A stretch of 64,000 nucleotides of DNA from Prorocentrum cordatum (taxonomy: Eukaryota). The stretch covers positions 1-64,000 of the forward strand of contig CAUYUJ010000164.1 in NCBI GenBank assembly GCA_963575745.1. The letters run 5' to 3'. The position numbers and the translations under genes were made by a program. The notes under the pieces were generated by a model. That model searched no databases and had not been told where the DNA came from. It saw nothing but the letters and a program-made list of their open reading frames with translations. Below, one piece after another: positions 34,878 to 48,129 of the stretch (position 1 is its first letter; every line of letters starts with the position of its first letter).

Positions 34878-37221
34878 ATGGGGGGGAAACGTGGTGGCAT
34901 TCGCCAACGACTCAACCTTGATGGGGAAAAGGGTGAACAAGTTCGCGAAGATACTGTTAACAAGCGGTACAGGTCGGGGGGGTTAGCAATCGCACTGCCA
35001 CCAAAGGGGGCGTTTAATTCAATTCCCCACGCCCTCCATACGGACCCTAGGGCCCCGACCCCATCCCATTCTGTTTCAGAAGCAGGTCGAACACCGAGAC
35101 CTGGCTTAGCAAGCTCTTTTTTCGCGGAACTCTTCCAGCAACGCATGTTGGTGATGGGGCCAGGGCAGTGTGCGACGACCAATCTGATATCGGTGATCTT
35201 CCCGATTGGGCTAAGATTGGTGCTCGAGGTGCACATCGTGGCAATTCTCATAGGCGTTTGGGGTATTAATGGGGCGAGGGGAACCCATAACCGAAAAAAA
35301 GGACCGACAAGAAACCAGTTCATCAGAGACGATGCGATGTTTTCAGTTCTCCCAGGGGTCAGACTGTTTTTGTTTGTGCCCCCCTCCTCCCGCCCCCACC
35401 CCGAGGGATCTCATGCGGGTTCTGTCCAAGAGCTCCAAGATGCCCAACGTTTACCAGGCTGAGGGTGTCTTCTGGGACAAGAGGTCTTCGACCAAGTATA
35501 AAGCGCCATTCAATTTTCTACTACCATATGAAATACTGGAGGCGCTTATACCAGAAGGGGACGAGGAACGGTGGGCGACATTCCCTGAGGGTACACTTGC
35601 GGCAGAGAGGTCACTGAAAAACCTTTGTGAACGGATCGGCGCCAGGAGATTTGACAACGACAGTGCTGCTCCTCTCGGTGGGTTTGGCGTGTGGGGGGAT
35701 GCTGCACCTTACAAGCATAGGGACAGCCTGTATCTTACTCTATGGAATATGTGCACGGGGCCAGCGACACACCACAGATTCTGGTTTACGGTTTTTGCGA
35801 AACGCGATATATGCATGTGTGGCTGCAGCGGCAGGTGCAGTTTTGAGCCAATTTGGGATGTTTTAAGATGGGTGTCACTCGTGTTTATTACAGGCCGTAT
35901 GCCAGACAGAAGGCATGATGGTATCAAATTTCAAGACTCACCGTTTAAGCACGACGCTGCTCGGGCAGCGATCGCTGGGAAGCCGCTTCGTTTTCGTGCC
36001 CTGTGTTGCCAAGCACGGGGTGATTGGTCGTGGCTGAAACAGGCTCTCGGCGTGCAAGGGTGGCAGGGTAAACTTCCTACAACTCGATGTTGCTTTCGCT
36101 GCCGTTGTACTCGCCAAGACATCCTAAATACAAGCAGCACTGCTCCGTGGCGTAGGGCGCTCATCACGCACTCGGATTTTATGAACGATGTTTTTGAAGG
36201 CCGTCAAATATTGGTTGGTTTGTTCAAGCTACCAGGTTTCACGTTAGACATGGTGGTGGCCGATCTTATGCATACTGGTGATCTCGGAATCGTTCAGAGC
36301 CTCCTCGGAAACATATTCTGGGAACTATTTCTCGAACTTGGTGGCAAATACGCCACGCCAACAGTTACACTCGACAAGCTTCTGAACATGATGAAATTTG
36401 CGTCTCGACATCTAGGGCTCGAGGCCCCCATAAACCAACTCACCGTCGGCATGATTCGGTCCACCGAGAAGGCCGCCCCGAAAATGAAGCTGAAGGCCCA
36501 AGGGTCCCACCAACATCTCTGCTGCTACTGCTTCAACTGCTGCTCATCATCCATTCCCCCTGTCCCCCCCCCGACATCCCAAGAGGGCGGGGGGTCAAAA
36601 ACAAATGTGTTTTACTGTGTAATCTGGAGTGTGCCCTTCCCCTCTCTACCTTCGAATCCCTTCCCTGGTCCCCTCTCATCCCCTCCTCCCTGTCTATCCT
36701 TCCCACCTCCGCCACCTCTTCTCCTCCCCCCTCCTCCCGAACGAGATTCCACCCAGCCCTCTGATGGACAGGCAGCCGAGGGCCGCCGAATGCTGATGTG
36801 CGCAAGGTTCATCCTAGAGTCGTTCTTTGCGGTGGGCAGCTCCCACGAGAAAACGAGATTGTGGTGTACTGATGCCCTCTGCCGTTTTTATCAGGAGCTG
36901 AAGGACTGGAGACCTCACGAATCGCCTAAACGCATAGCCTTGTTTGCGCAGCAGCATCTCGCGATGTATTTAGAGCTCCACATGGAAGCGAAGAGCGAGA
37001 TGCTTTGGAAATTTTATCCGAAGCACCATCTTTTTATGCATATCGCAGAGGACCAAGTAGAAACCCATGGGAACCCCGCTGAATACTGGGCGTACCGAGA
37101 CGAGTCGGAAATCGGAAGAGCTTCGGAGTTAGGGGCCGTTGCACATCCTCGCACGATCGGTACAGTGCTGATCGACAAGTATCGGTGCGGGGATTTGTTC
37201 GACGTTGCTGCTGATGTTTAG
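34878..37221 (+). CDS. CACTA/EnSpm(CMC)-like DDE transposase, intact, 600 aa; exons 34878-34972, 35086-35253, 35406-36495, 36772-37221
   Basis: GCCGCCATGG start; exon sum 1803 nt in frame without stops; motifs GNSHRDL, VWGDA, RGDW, CFRC, DLMH..DLG, KLKAAE, PKHH.F.H, NP..YW.YRDES.IG. Confidence 0.82.
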
Positions 37222-37789
37222 GTTGCCACTCTCGCGTGCATCCTCTGGCCCTGCCACCCTCCCCCCGCCAGCATCACATATGAACACATATCTCCTCTCT
37301 CCAACTCTCAGCCTGCTCTCGCTTTGGGCAGCTTGCGCTTCAAGCTGCAACAGTCGGTATTGGCAATTGTGAAAAAATAGGTCTCGTAAAAGCTACCTGA
37401 AGCAATTCTTCGGGCAAGTCTTGTTTTGGAACGCGCCTGGATCCACCGATTGCTATTGTTCCGATATTTCTGGTGCCACTTCTAGAGACTTGAGGCCACG
37501 TCTGAGGAGAAATGTTCGAGCATACTCAAAGCAACGTTTCTGGAAGGACATTCGGAACCGTTGGAAGGATCAAATGAGGGATATCAATCCGAAGTTGTCT
37601 GGTACCCTGCCCATTAGTCCACAGGCTACCGCCATTTTGCCGCTGCCCCGTCCACTTCACGGAGGAGGAAAAGGAAATAGAAGAGGAGGAGGAGGAGGAG
37701 GAGGAGGAGGACAAGGAAGAACAGAGTAGGAGAAATAGTTACTCCACAGGCTGACGCCAGTCCGCCGATACCCCGTCGACTTCAGCGGC

Positions 37790-38515
<726 letters not shown>

Positions 38516-38574
38516 ATACGCCAAAACGTGAAATTCAGGATTCGTGAAAAATTCCTGAAAAAATCGTGAAAAAA

Positions 38575-38665
38575 ACAAAAATCCACAAAAAAAATGTGGA
38601 TCCACATTTTTGTGTTTCCCTGGTGTGGATCCACAAAAAAAATGTGGATCCACATTTTTTCCGGG
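38575..38665. repeat. Right subterminal repeats
   Basis: AAAAAAATGTGGATCCACATTTTT palindromes matching the left end. Confidence 0.85.
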
Positions 38666-39364
38666 ACCGACGAATTTTTCCGGGGATTGGATGGTCTGGG
38701 ATTATCGGCCTCCGGGGGCCCTCACCGGGCCTTGGGACCGTCAGAAAACGACTCAGAATGAAAAACCGGTCCTGGGGAAGGGGTCCAGACTTCTGGGGGT
38801 CGCGTCATGAAACATTCATGACGTCGGGGGTCTGGGATTGGAGCGCCCTGCAAGGGTCCTATACCAGGGCCGTGCCAGGGTCCCACCAGAAGCCAACCAG
38901 GGTCATACCAGGGCCCAACCAGGGTCAAGTCCTGGCATGACCCTGGCAGGGCCCTGGTACACCCCCTAGGCAGGACCCTGGTGAGACCTTGGTACGGCCG
39001 CAATAGTACCCTGGTAGGACCCTCCCCGGAGATCCCCAGATCTCCGACGATGTCCCAGACACAGGTGGTCGCGTCGTGGAAAAATCGGGAGGGGAAGTCT
39101 TTGGCCGCGTTCGGCCTATAGGGCCCGTGAAAGAACGACTCAGGACGAAAAACCGGTCCCAGGGAAAGGCTCGGGACTTCCAGGGACCCCATAATTATTG
39201 AAAACATAAGGACGTGGCATGTCTGAGATGATCCTTGCCTTCGGCTTCAGGGGCCCGTCCCCGGGCCCTCGGCGGCCCCGGCCGTCAAAAACAGAGCTGG
39301 CACCCACACGTGCCAGTGCGTCCAGGGAGCGGGGGAATGGGTCGGGAACTCTGGGGCCGCGGAT

Positions 39365-39549
39365 CCCAGACCCCCTCGCGTTGTAAAAAAATCACGACGG
39401 GAGGATTGTCGCTATTTTCAGCCTCCGGAGGCCCTTACCGGGCCTCGGGACCGTCAGAAAACGACTCAGAACGAAAAACCGGTCCCAGGGAATGGGTCGG
39501 GACCTCTGGGGGTCGCGCCATGAAAAAATCATGACGTCCGGGGTCTGGG
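39365..39549 (+). mobile_element. CCCAGA MITE with TSD AT
   Basis: AT|CCCAGACCCCC ... GGGGTCTGGG|AT. Confidence 0.85.
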
Positions 39550-39904
39550 ATTGAAACACAAATATCGGAGGATGTCTGGGTCCAGGCGCTGCCACTTTTT
39601 CGCACCGGCCATGTTCGCTCGCTGTGGTCGGGGGCGCGTACAGGACGACAAACACGGCGGACTCGGCCAAGACGGCAGACACTTCTTTCAGGACGCGTAC
39701 TGGTCCTCCTCCCTCCTCCTCCCCCTCCATCCCCTCCTCCTCCTCCTCCTCCTCCTCCTCCTCCTCCTCCTCCTCCTCCTCCGCCTCCTCCTGGGGTGTG
39801 ACCTCCTGGGGTCACGGAGAAATCGGGACGGGCGGCTTCTGGCGATTCTCCGCCTGCGCTCGGGATGAAATAACCGGCCCCGGGGAGCGGGTCGGGGCCT
39901 CGAA

Positions 39905-40091
39905 CCCAGACCCCGTCGGGCAATGAAGACATCATGGCGGGATGTCTCCTGTATTTTCGGCCTCTCGCGAGGCTCTTACCGGCCCTCGGGGCCGTCGAAA
40001 GACGGCCGAGGATGACAAGCCGGTCCAGGGGAGTGGGTCGAGACCTCTGAGGGTCGACGTCATGGACAAATCGCTGCGTCGGGGGTCTGGG
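39905..40091 (+). mobile_element. CCCAGA MITE subfamily copy (inverted relative to 25122-25310)
   Basis: CCCAGACCCCGTCGGG ... GTCGGGGGTCTGGG. Confidence 0.75.
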
Positions 40092-40143
40092 AATAAGTGA
40101 TGACGTCGGGGGCTTCCCTGCAAGAAGGAAATGTGAGCAACTA

Positions 40144-40330
40144 CCCAGACCCCCGACGTCATGAATTTTTCATGACGTTGACCCCCAGCGGTCTGGACCC
40201 TTTCCCCGGGACCGGTTCTTCGTCCTGAGTCGTTTTCTGACGGTCCCGAGGCCCGGTAAGGGCCCCCAGAGGCCGAAAATGGCGAAAAACCTCCCGTCGT
40301 GATTTTTGTCATAACTCGAGGGGGTCTGGG
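40144..40330 (-). mobile_element. CCCAGA MITE with TSD TA
   Basis: TA|CCCAGACCCCC ... GGGGGTCTGGG|TA. Confidence 0.85.
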
Positions 40331-40491
40331 TAGCGTTCTCTAACCCCACCTTGGGACAACCCCCCCTCTGCGAACCACCGTGTGTGGGACCTGGGGCCCT
40401 CACACCTCGCTGCGGCAGGCGCGGGACGCCGGGGCCTGGGGCACCCGTCGTGGTCCGCCACGGTGCGACAGTTCTTTCGCGGCGTCAGATT

Positions 40492-40678
40492 TCCAGACCC
40501 CCTCGAGTCGTGAAAAAATCACGACGGGAGGTTTGTCGCCATGTTCGGCCTCTGGGGGCCCTTATAAGGGCCTCGGGACCGTCAAAAAACGACTCAGGGC
40601 GACAAACCGGTCCCGGGGATGGGGTCCCGACCTCTGGGGGTCGACGTGATGAAAAAATCATGACGTCGGGGGTCTGGG
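40492..40678 (+). mobile_element. CCCAGA MITE with TSD TT
   Basis: TT|TCCAGACCCCC ... GGGGGTCTGGG|TT. Confidence 0.8.
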
Positions 40679-43344
40679 TTTCAGGGTCCCGGTGGGCTGC
40701 CGGGGTCGCCGCGGGGGCTCTCTGGCAGGCGCCCCGCGGGCACCTCTCCCACGCCCCCGGCGTCATGAGTTTCTCACAGCGTCGACCCGCAGAGGTCTCG
40801 ACCCGTTCCCCGGGACCGGTTTTTCACTTCGGATCAGGCTGAAAATCCGAAAACAGAAAACAGAAAAGTCCGTCGAGATCCAACAACAAAACAAAACAAC
40901 AAAATCCCAAAACAACATCCAACAACAAAGCACAAAAAGTCAGTCGATATCCAAAAACAAAACAACAAACAAAATCCAAAAACAAATCTAAAAACAAAAA
41001 ACAAAAAGTCAGTCGATATCCAAAAACCAAGCAAAACATAACATCAAAAAACAAAAAACAAAAACAACAAAAAAACGACGAGATCCTTCACTGACCCGAA
41101 GTGGTCTGGGCTGGGGGCGCACAGGGCCCTGCAGACCCCCATCGGGCCATGAACAAGAATACGCCTGGACATTTTTCGCTATCATCGGCCCGTGCATACT
41201 TCGTGGATCTTGTTTTTGTGTGTTGTGTACTGTATCGTATTATTGGTATAATCGTAAACGCCCGATCCTTTATTATAAATAGTGCATGTCCGATTATCAG
41301 TATAATTGTAAACGCCCTCACCCGCCCTCGGGACCGTCGTGGTCCTGGGGAGTGGGTCCAGACCGCTGGGGCTCTCCGGCAGGCGCCCAGTGGGCACTTC
41401 TGGGAGCGCAGAGCAGGCAGGCGTTTGTACAATTTCGTTGGTTTTGGACGGTGTTCCAGCCTCTGGGTGCTTTGCAGCAGCTGCGCCCGGCGCCCAGAAC
41501 GTCCTGCCATGTAGGTGTCGAGGTCGTCCGCCGAAGCCGAATTATGACCCGAAGTTCAGGGATTCGAAATTCAGTGTGGAGGCACACGTCTAGCACGTCG
41601 TCGTCTCCACGCAAGCTCCAAAGCCACAAGCCCAGACCCCCACGCGTCCAAACCCTAAAGCGAAAGTCTGCGACGACCTGCACTCCCTGTGCGTCTTCGG
41701 CGACTTCGGCCCAACATGTAATCTGGTACACAGAAAGACTGCCCTTGGAGGAAGGGTCGGGACCTCTTGGGCCGCGGGTCGAAAAAACAGCATGTCGGAG
41801 GATGTCTGGGCCAGCGGGCAAGCCATGGGAAGGCTCTTGGGCGTGTTCGTTGGCCTGGGGCGGCTGCCTCGGGATGAGCTCTCCAACCGCTGCGCCTCGC
41901 CGAGAGCTTGGCCGCCGCGCGCCCCAACGATGGGCCGACACCCAGCCTGCTCGCGTCGCTTCGGGCAGAATGCTCCGGCGGCAAGTCCCCGCATAGGACA
42001 TCTCCTGGGATGGCGCGGAGGTGATCCACACCGTCGCCCCTGCGATGGTGGAGGCCCTTCTCCTGTCTCCTTCTCCGTCTCCTCCCCCGAACTACCCCCT
42101 CATCACCCCCCATCCTCCCTGCCCCTTCCTCCTGCCTCCTCCTCTTCTTCCTCCTCCCCCTTTTCCTCCTCCTCCTCCTCCGCCTCCTCCTCCTCCTTCT
42201 CCTCCTCCTCCTCCTCCTGCCTCCTCCTCTTCTTCCTCCTCCCCCTCCTCCTCCCCCTCCTCCTCCTCCCCTCCTCCTGCTCCCAAGGCGCGCGAGTCTA
42301 TTATTCTTCTTGGACGCCGTCACCGCCCCGACCAGCATAAGCACGTCTTCGCTGAGGCTCCCCAAACTCCTGGTAGTCGTCATGGTCCTCCTCCAACTCC
42401 TCCTCCTCATCCTCATCCTCCGTCTTCTCCGCGACGCTTTCGTATCCTCCTCCTCCTACTCCTTGTCCTCCTTGTCCTTCTTGCCTTTTCCTAATTCATC
42501 CTCCTTGTGCTTCCTCCTCCATCAGCCTCCTCTTCCTCCTGTAGGGAGGCTCCCGATCCAAACTTCAGCAGGAGTGAAGCCGCAAAAACAGTGACGGCAT
42601 CGAAAGCGTTCCCGTGACCCCTCGCTAATACTCCGACATGGCTTCTCTACATGGAGGGGCTCCCGCTGAAGACACGTCCTCACAATCCACTCGCACACGA
42701 GGCTCCCGCCCGAGACTTCTTCGACGTGCATGCCTCACGCTTCGGATTCATAGCACGAGGTAGGGACGACCCCGTAATGCATGGGCTCCTGGACAACCCA
42801 GAGAGCCCACAGCAGCACGAAGTGGGGGCGCGACTGCCAAACAACGGCCCCAAGAAGGCTCCCAAGCAGCCTAAAAACACCTCGCGACGCGGCAGACACA
42901 GGACCTACCTGATACACATGCGTATCCACACAACTACGTGTCTGTACAAACACTTCACGCAAATATACCTCCGCGCACACACACACAAACACACACACAC
43001 ACACATACACACACACAAGCACACACACAAACACACACACACACACGCACACACACACACGCACACACACACACGCACACACACAAGCACACACACACAA
43101 ACACACACAAACACACACACACACTCTGTTTAAGTCCGTGGGCCCCAGGGTGTGCGAGACAGTTAGGCGCCAGTCAAAGCGAGCGGTGGGCTGCACCAAA
43201 GGCGAGTACAGGCACGAAGCGGAAGGCAAGAGGCGCGAAGCAACACACACACACACTCACACCTACACGCTATCTGCATCAGGGGGTTCCCGAAGAAGGA
43301 ACCCCCATCAGCTGGACTTGCCGCTGCGCGTACAAAATTCTACC

Positions 43345-43525
43345 CCTGGTCGACCTTGGACGCGAAGCAGGGCGTCATGGGGTGGCGGCCGGGCGGGGTC
43401 GCGTCCGACGCCCAGCCGCGCTCCCGGAGCTCCTGCACGAACGGCGCGACATTCTCCTGCATGCTGCGCAGCTTGCGATGGACCTGCGCGGCGGCCTCGT
43501 CGTGGTTCTTGGAGATCCGCACCGC
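43345..43525 (-). CDS. Probable short internal exon of an unidentified host gene
   Basis: CAG|GCG acceptor, strong G/C third-position bias (AVRISKNHDEAAAQVHRKLRSMQENVAPFVQEL..). Similar GC-rich islands lie near 44230-44390, 39600-39700, 25760-25960, 21300-21450 and 15230-15360. Confidence 0.4.
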
Positions 43526-44640
43526 CTGCCTGGGCAGAAGACGGCATCGGCGCGCACACACAAATATGTATGTGTATATATATATATATACATATATATA
43601 ACATACATACAGATCTGAGGCCCGCGCTGCACTCCTTGGATCCTTGGATCTGAGCTGGGCCCTGGCACTTGTTTTGCTGAAGAACAAATGGAGCAGGGAC
43701 TGGCCGTCCCTGCATACTTCTAGGCCTACCACGACATGTTCTGTAAGCATAAGAGCGTTCTAAGAGCAACAACAACTTTCCTAGAACATAAAGCCACTTG
43801 ATGAAGACAGAATTGCCTCAGCAAGACATGGCTCAAGAACGTTTCGTGCAAACCACGAACGGTTCTCAAAACATTATTCGGTGGGTCTGTAGGCGATCCG
43901 GGAGCTTCGCCACTGCTCGAGCACATCATCTTGAGCGCGTCACGCGGGGCGCGCCATTGGCGGCGCCGGACGCCCCGCCAGGGACTCCCGGCGGCGACCC
44001 GACGAGCACGGAGGCCCCTGCGCCGGCGCCGCCCCTGGCGCCGCCCCTGGCGCCGCCACTGGCGCGCTCCGCGCGCCAAGACAGCGGCCGCGGCGCCGAG
44101 CCGAGGGATCCGCGCGGACCTCCGAGATCGTGCGCCCGTGGTGGCGTAGGAGGAGGAGGAGGAGGAGGAGGAGGAGGAGGAGGAGGAGGAGGAGGAGGAG
44201 GAGGAGGAGGAGGAGGAGGAGGAGGGGGAGGAGGTCTTCCCCGGCCGCCGGCGCAGCTGCTGGGCGGGCCCGAGGCAGTACCTGGACATGTCCGAGCTCG
44301 TGAAGTCCCAGTCCTTGCTCGGGCGGCCCGCGCCGGTGGCACCGCCGCCCCCTCCGGCGGGCTCCTGGCGCCAGCGGGCTCCTCCTCCACTTCTCTCCTC
44401 CATGCCCTCTCTCTCTCCTTCTCTCTCTCCCTCTCTTCCTCCCTCTCTCTCTGTCTCTCTTGCTGCCGGTCTCTGTCTATATTTCTCTCTCTCTCTCTAT
44501 CTCTCTCTCTCTCTTTCTCTCTCCATCGGGTACCATTGCTTGATGTACGCTATACGTATCGGTTATTGGCTTGCTTTTGTGGATTGGCCCCATGCCCGTT
44601 GCAAGTGTATGTAATTGATGCCTGCGAATGTGTTTGCTAC

Positions 44641-44682
<42 letters not shown>

Positions 44683-45559
44683 GTATGTATAGATACGTGT
44701 ATATATATATATGTGTATACATATATATATATATGACTTATGTGATTTGGGTATGTTCTTGAAACATGCGTGTGGTGGGTGTTCATAATGTGTCCGCCGG
44801 GTGTTCGTTATTGGTGTGTATGTGTTTAGCTATTGCTATTGTTGTGTGTGCTCTAGGCTGAAGCCCTCGAACATGTTCTCGACGTGCACCAATGATGCAT
44901 ACTATTGATATGTGTTGCTGACTTTGATGATTGATGCCTGCTGCTGACGTCTGCTTCTGATGTTTGTGCTTATCTGATGTCCCATACAAAAGTAAATTCA
45001 TGGTGTGTAAGTTCTTGATGTCTGCAATTGGTGTTTGTTCTTGGTGTCCGATACTGGCGCGTGAAATGTATGACTTTTTTGCATCGTGCGGCGCGCGCAC
45101 TCCATACGCGTGATCCCTTCAACCCAAAAAACTATAACAATTTTAACGCCGGACTGGGCGCAAAACTGCATTAACAATTTTAACGCCGGCTGCGCCGCAC
45201 TGGCCCCGTGACATTTGCAGCACCTTGCGCGGCGTGGGGGGACGGGGGCAGGCGGAGGGGGAGGACAAGGCGAAGGGGCAAGGGCGCTGTGCGGGTAACC
45301 CCTGAGGCCCAAACGGCCACTTATAGAACCAAACCAAAAAAAAAACAGCGCAATCCAGAGGGGAAAAAGGAGGGGAGGGGACAGGAGGAGGAGGAGAAGG
45401 AGGAGGAGGAGGAGGAGGAGGAGGAGGAGGAGGAGGAGGGAGGGAGGTAAACACATGCAATCGCCCTCAGACCCTGCCGTTGCCAAGCGCGGAGCCGCCG
45501 CCAGAGCCCGCGTGTCAGGCGGCGCTGACAGGGTGGGGCTGGCCGTGCCAGTGATGGTT

Positions 45560-46810
45560 CTGCTGGAGCCCGTCGTTCTGCCCCCGGTGGTGATGCTGGA
45601 GTCCGCCCTGCTGCTCCTGGGGGGTTGCTGGAGCCCGTGCTGCTCACGATGGTGCTGCTGGGGTCCGCGGCGCTGCTCACGGAGGTACTGCTGGACTCCG
45701 TCGAGCTGCTCACAAGGGTGATGCCGAGACCCGTCGTTGGTGCTGCTGGTGGCCCTCGTGCTGCCCCTGGTGGTGCTGCTATTGACTGCGGTGCTGCTCG
45801 CTGCGGTGCAGCTGGAGTCCGTGCTGCTCACGGTGGTGTTGCTGGAATCCGTCGTATTGCTCACGATGGTGCTGCTGGAGGCCGGAGTGTGGCTCGCGAT
45901 GGTGTTGCTGGGTGCCGTCGTGCTGTTCAACATTGTGTTGCTCGAGACCCGCGCGCTGCCCCGCTGGTGCTGCTCGATTCTGTCTTGCTGCGCACGGCGG
46001 TGCTGCGGGGGCTCGTGTCGTTCACGGTGGATCTGCGGGAGCCCGCACGGCTCACAAAGGTGCTGTTGGGGTCCGTCGTACTGATCCCGGCGGCGCGACT
46101 CGACTCCGTCATGCTCGTCACGATGTTGCTACCGGACGCCGTCTCGCTGGAAATCGTCCTGGAATTCGTCCTGCTACCCGCGGTGGTATTGCGGGGGGGA
46201 CGTTCCGCTCGCTGAAGTTCGCCTGGGGTCTGTATTGCTCACGGCTGTGCTGCTAGAGTATGTTGTTTTGCCCACGATGGAGTAGAAGTGCGTCGCGTGG
46301 CTCGCGATGGCGCTGCTGGAAGAGATTCCGATGTCCGAGGCCGCGGTAGCAGTTCCTCGTCGCGGTCATGGTGACTGCTCGTAGTCGCCGTGGCTGTTTC
46401 AGGTCGTGGTCGTGGTGGCCGTTCGTGGTCGTGGTGAGTGCAACACCGCATCATGGACAGCCCCATGTGTCACGGAATACCCCGTTCCTGGGTGGACGTC
46501 GGCGTGCTGCCGTGATGGTCGTGGACGTGGTCGTGATGGCTGTTTCTGGTCGTGTAGGGTATTTCTGGTCGTGGTCGTGGTGGCTGTCCGTGGACGTGGT
46601 CGCTGTTCCTGGTCGTGGTCGTGGTGGCTGTTCGTGGTCGTGGTGGCTGTTCCTGATCGTGATGACCGTTCCTCCTCGTGGTCGTGGTGGCCGTTCGTGG
46701 TCGTGGTGGCTGTCAGTTTCTGGTCGTGGACGTGGTGGCTCTTCGCGGGCGTGGCGGGTGCAGCACTGAAATCATGGACACTGGTGTCGTCGCGATGGTT
46801 GTGGGGGCGG
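45560..46810. repeat. Degenerate short-period tandem repeats (GTGCTGCTG-rich, then GGTCGT-rich)
   Basis: Direct reading. Confidence 0.7.
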
Positions 46811-47333
46811 TCGTGACGGCTGTGACGTTGTGAACTCCCCCACGCGGTTGATGGGGTGACGTATGACTATGACCGTTGAATTCTGTGCATATGCGTTCTT
46901 GGACTCTGTCACGTGAGTGTGTGCCCGTGTGTGCATTAGTGGTACATATGCGTGCTGTCTGCCATGTGTGTCGTTAAGTGCGCAGGTATGCGATTGGCGT
47001 ACCTGGGTTTCACGCGTTATATGCGTGGAGCACAAGGCTCTCGATTGGTAGCCGGACCTCCAAATATAGCCAAGAGTTTTCGCGGCAAGAATCAAGTACA
47101 TTGTCGTGGAACTTCTGGTCCAATGCTTCGTCCCCTGCTATGAGCCACACGTCGCTTCCTTATGTTTTCTTCGGTTGAGGAAGCGGGATTATCAATTCTG
47201 GATCATTCCTGACACTGAGACCATCGTCATCTTGCGAATTATCCGCCCAACGACGTTTCTTGCCGCTGAGTGCCAAACTTTTTGTTAGCGCCCCCTGCGC
47301 TGGTCCTAACTCATCGGCATGATCGGTTGGGGG

Positions 47334-47738
47334 TTAATCTTTCGACTTTGCATTGATTTCTCCAAATGCAACATTACCTTTGTCGTCGTCATCGTCGATT
47401 GTCCGTATGCTGTTTGACCATCTGATCCATATCCGTTCTGATAGAAATGCCCTGGAACCGGCATATACACAACGGACTGTTGATTGAATGAGGAAGAAAA
47501 GCCACCATGTGTAAACATATTGTTTAATGCGTGTGCAGACTGAAGGAACTTTTTTCCACAATTTTACCACGCCACCACCTTCCTTTTTAGCTTCATGCAC
47601 TTTTTTGCTGATTTTCAACCCATGTGCTGATTTCAACTCTTTCCATAACTTGTCGCCGAAATCATCCCAGCTTCGGCGCCTGGCGATGCATGTGGGCCAG
47701 GGGCCCGCACTGCGGATTACACGGCACAGTTCGTCCAT
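47334..47738 (-). CDS. Small hypothetical protein preceded by an SL relic; possibly a transposase C-terminal fragment
   Basis: Minus-strand TCCGTAGAACTTGCGGCTCAAG at 47773-47794 (17/22 to DinoSL) lies ~35 nt before the ATG. DKLWKELK..QYVYTWW loosely recalls IS1595/Merlin C-termini. Confidence 0.35.
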   Translation of the reverse strand: MDELCRVIRSAGPWPTCIARRRSWDDFGDKLWKELKSAHGLKISKKVHEAKKEGGGVVKLWKKVPSVCTRIKQYVYTWWLFFLIQSTVRCVYAGSRAFLSERIWIRWSNSIRTIDDDDDKGNVAFGEINAKSKD

Positions 47739-48129
47739 TCGCCGGAATACGGGAATCTCGGACGGCGAAAACCTTGAGCCGCAAGTTCTACGGATCAGTT
47801 AGAGTCATGGCAACAATACAAGAACACAGGCTGATCCACAGAACAGATGAACATAATACTAATAGATATAATGGTGATAGTATGTGTAGCGATTGTAATG
47901 TGTATGAATGATGATATTGATTATGATGAATGATATTTTTTGCGGCGCAACTTGAGCAGTGAAACTGTTGTGGGCTGCGCCTGTGTCATTGTGAAGACGA
48001 TCGGTCTTCTTGCGCGTGCAGCGCCTAACGTGAAAGCGAACAGCTTTCTTGTGAGGACGAGCAGTCCTCTTAAAGAAAAGGCCTAATGGTTGACGTGTTT
48101 TTCAACTCGTTTCCAGTAAACAGAGAAGC

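Noticed and set aside
37631..37639. SL-like GCCATTTTG
   Set aside because: Only 9 nt, lacks the CTCAAG end and has no convincing downstream ORF.
43534..43547. 14-nt match to Illumina P7 adapter (GCAGAAGACGGCAT)
   Set aside because: Short, does not extend, and lies in a plausible splice-acceptor region; likely chance.
44998..46215. Mucin-like S/T-rich or V/L-rich ORFs
   Set aside because: Degenerate short tandem repeat open on both strands, with no independent coding evidence.
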